Below the pieces are notes generated by a model. That model had not been told where the DNA came from, made no database searches, and saw only the letters and a program-made list of their open reading frames with translations. A stretch of DNA of 63,783 nt, the filler included, from Octopus bimaculoides (taxonomy: Eukaryota), in the NCBI RefSeq assembly GCF_001194135.2. It is 5 parts of 5 records of this genome, joined end to end, with 100 filler letters (N's around TTAATTAATTAA, not from the genome) between each part and the next. Parts side by side here need not be neighbours in the genome. Positions count along the whole stretch, not along the records: positions 51,820 to 62,536 come from NC_068982.1; positions 62,637 to 63,783 come from NW_026310128.1; 3 more parts are not named here. One strand, given 5' to 3'. The position numbers and the translations under genes are program-made. This document shows positions 61,420 to 63,783 of this stretch, one piece after another (the stretch's first letter is position 1; every line of letters begins with the position of its first letter).

Positions 61420-61573
61420 ACAGAGACATACAAACATATATATATATATACAATGGGCTTTCAGTTTACGTCTTCCAAATCCACTCATAAGGCTTTGATC
61501 GGGCCGAGGCTATCTATAGTAAAGGTGCCACGCAGAGAGACTAAACCTGGAATCATATGGTTGGGAGGTAACC
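60853..61573 (-). mobile_element. Bipartite OK-like SINE whose internal microsatellite spans an assembly gap
   Basis: 3' module at 60853-60990 (gtttcagtcattaga..tacttattctatcgg..gccgaaccgctaagttac); head and body at 61450-61573; CA/TA arrays and N (61091-61331) in between. Confidence 0.8.
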
Positions 61574-62429
61574 ATGATAAGAGGTTATCATGCAGCCAAC
61601 CAACTGACTGATCATAAAGGAGTGGAATTGTACTGGTGCGTGTGTTACTAAGATTGGCATAATGACCCTCCCTAGACACAACAAGATTTGTTTGAAAACA
61701 CGAATTCACATAAAGTATCTTGCAAAAACCAAGTAATTATTTCTATATCATCTTTTAATACTCCTTGCATGGTAACACTCACTGTTTGTCTATGGTACGA
61801 ACCAACGTGTCTCCCTAAAAAGTAAAGAAACAAATGTTTTATAAAGTATTTTGGTAATAAACCCACAGAGTAAAGTTTGTAGGAAGGTATTTAAGATTTA
61901 TAGCTTGATTTTGATTCGTTGTGTTTTCCTTTTGGATTGGAGGGGTTGTTATATCTTTTTTTGTTGTTGTTTTTTTTTGTTTTTTTGTTTTGTTTATATA
62001 ATCTTTGCTCGTTTTTTTTTCATTTCATTTCAAGCTTTAATGGTTATTATAATATGATCGATAAAGGGTGGGGTTAAAATGGTTAGATACGAAATATAAA
62101 CGTAGATACTAAGTGTAAGACCTGTTATGGTCTGATCATTTCTCAAGTGTAATATAAAAGAAAGAAAAAAACTTATGAATCCATTAAAAACACCATCGAT
62201 AATGTTGCTGGTGTTGACGATAAGTGGAGGTGGTGGTGGTGGTGGTGGTAGTGGTAGCGATGGTGGTGGTGGCCATGGGGATGGTGGTGATATTTGTTTT
62301 GGATCTGCTAGGATTCGGTGGTATCTCAAAGCTGTCAATGATAGATGCTGAATCCATAACCAGCCATACATTTTTGAATATCAACGACTACATTAGTCCA
62401 AGTGCTCTTCGTCTTTTTAACAGATGATA

Positions 62430-62536
62430 CGAGGTGGTATCAAAAAGTTCCCGGACTAGTTCTGTAGAACATCAACTGATTGCAGCACACAGTTGCCTGT
62501 ACGATGACAGCTAGCAGTGACCTTCTTGACGCAGTG
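62430..62536 (+). mobile_element. Mariner-like TIR end cut by a spacer
   Basis: TA + cgaggtggtatcaaaaagttccc, similar to the TIR at 53239. Confidence 0.55.
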
Positions 62537-62636
62537 NNNNNNNNNNNNNNNNNNNNNNNNNNNNNNNNNNNNNNNNNNNNTTAATTAATTAANNNNNNNN
62601 NNNNNNNNNNNNNNNNNNNNNNNNNNNNNNNNNNNN
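62537..62636. other. Artificial scaffold spacer
   Basis: 44 N + TTAATTAATTAA (62581-62592) + 44 N. Confidence 0.95.
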
Positions 62637-63630
62637 CAGGAGCCAGTCCAGTGACACTGGCAACGATCTCGCTCGAATGTCTTTACGCGTGCCACAGGCA
62701 CAAATGCCAGGAAGGCGACTCTGGGCACAGGTGCCATCACGATTTCGCTTTCGCTTGCCCCAACAGGTCTTCGCAAGCCGAGTTATATGTCCAATGAAGG
62801 AGACGACATTGGCATAGGTGCCAGTCGTCGAATTTAGTTTGATTTCGATTTCACTTGCCTCAACAGGTCTTCACAAGCGGAGTTTAGTGTCCACTGACAG
62901 AAAGGTACGCATAAGTGGGCTGGTTACACCCCTGGCAGAGATCTTGGATTTAGATCTCACTTGGCTTGCTGGGTCTTCTCACGCACAGCATATTTCCAAA
63001 GGTCTCGGTCAGAAGTAATCGCCTCGGTGAGGCCCAATGTTCGAAGGTCGTGCCTCACCACTTCATCCCAGGTCTTCCTGGGCCTGCCTCTTCCACAGGT
63101 TCCCTCAACTGCTAGGGTGTGGCACTTTTTCACACAGCTATCCTCATCCATTCTCGCCACATGACCATACCAGCGCGATCGTCTTTCTTGCACACCACAA
63201 CTGATGCTTCTTAGGTTCAACTTTTCTCAAAAGGTACTTACACTCTGTCTAGTATGCACACTGACATTACACATCCATCAGAGCATACTAGCTTCATTCC
63301 TTGCGAGCCTACGCATCTCTTCAACAGTCACGGCCCATGTTTCACTCTCATGAAGCATGACTGTTCATACACATGCGGCATACAGTCTGCCTTTTACTTT
63401 GAGAGAGAGGCCCTTTGTCGCCAACAGAGGTAAGAGCTCTCTGAACTTTGCCCAGGCTATTCTTATTCTAGCAGCTACACTTTCAGCGCACCCTCCCCCA
63501 CTACTAACTTCGTCACCAAAATAGCGGAAGCTATCAACCACTTCTGGAATGTGGCAGAAGTTGTTTTCTGCACATTCACAGTGTTTATAGCTCCTGAACA
63601 TCTGCTACAAATGAAAACTAACTTCCTACT
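62637..63630 (-). mobile_element. RTE LINE copy (end of PHD insert, RT thumb, C-terminus, 3' UTR)
   Basis: GLSRKLVFICSRCSGAINT.., VVDSFRYFGDEVSSGGGCAESVAARIRIAWAKFRELLPLL, RWYGHVARMDE..GRGRPRKTW..DRDLWKYAVREKTQQAK*. Confidence 0.93.
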
Positions 63631-63783
63631 AAGTCCGAATAATTCTCAGAAGATTACATGTCATGTGTCTACTAAGACCAAATATTTCTGAGAATTATTC
63701 GGTTTTAGTAAACACCTGACATGTGATCTTCTAGCACATTAGCAGTCCAACTAGTGACCTCCTTTATATATATTTTTATATAT

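Overview
AT-rich, microsatellite-dense eukaryotic genomic DNA. The repeat complement (tRNA-derived SINEs, an RTE LINE with (GAT)n tails, TA/CA arrays) points to a cephalopod, probably Octopus; this is inference. The window is not one natural contig: four identical 100-bp spacers (44 N + TTAATTAATTAA + 44 N) join five segments. The first segment (1-29623) carries seven internal + strand coding exons (729 nt, 243 codons, all GT-AG with matching phases) of a PIX-family RhoGEF (ARHGEF6/7 ortholog; SH3 plus most of the DH domain). I found neither its upstream exons nor its PH-domain exons. Everything else I can support is mobile-element debris: about 16 RTE-LINE 3' ends, one with a degraded RT carrying an internal PHD finger; three SINE families; two Helitron pieces (helicase end and Rep remnant, both missed by the ORF track); three mariner remnants; a Penelope-like element with an open GIY-YIG frame, a ~1 kb inverted repeat and a degenerate hammerhead-like motif; a fold-back family with permuted hammerhead-like cores; and a multi-C2H2 LINE-like 3' end. 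There is no CRISPR, rRNA or true tRNA. I cannot claim a confirmed new biological system. The best leads are the PHD-in-RT LINE, the Penelope inverted/hammerhead structure and the fold-back family.
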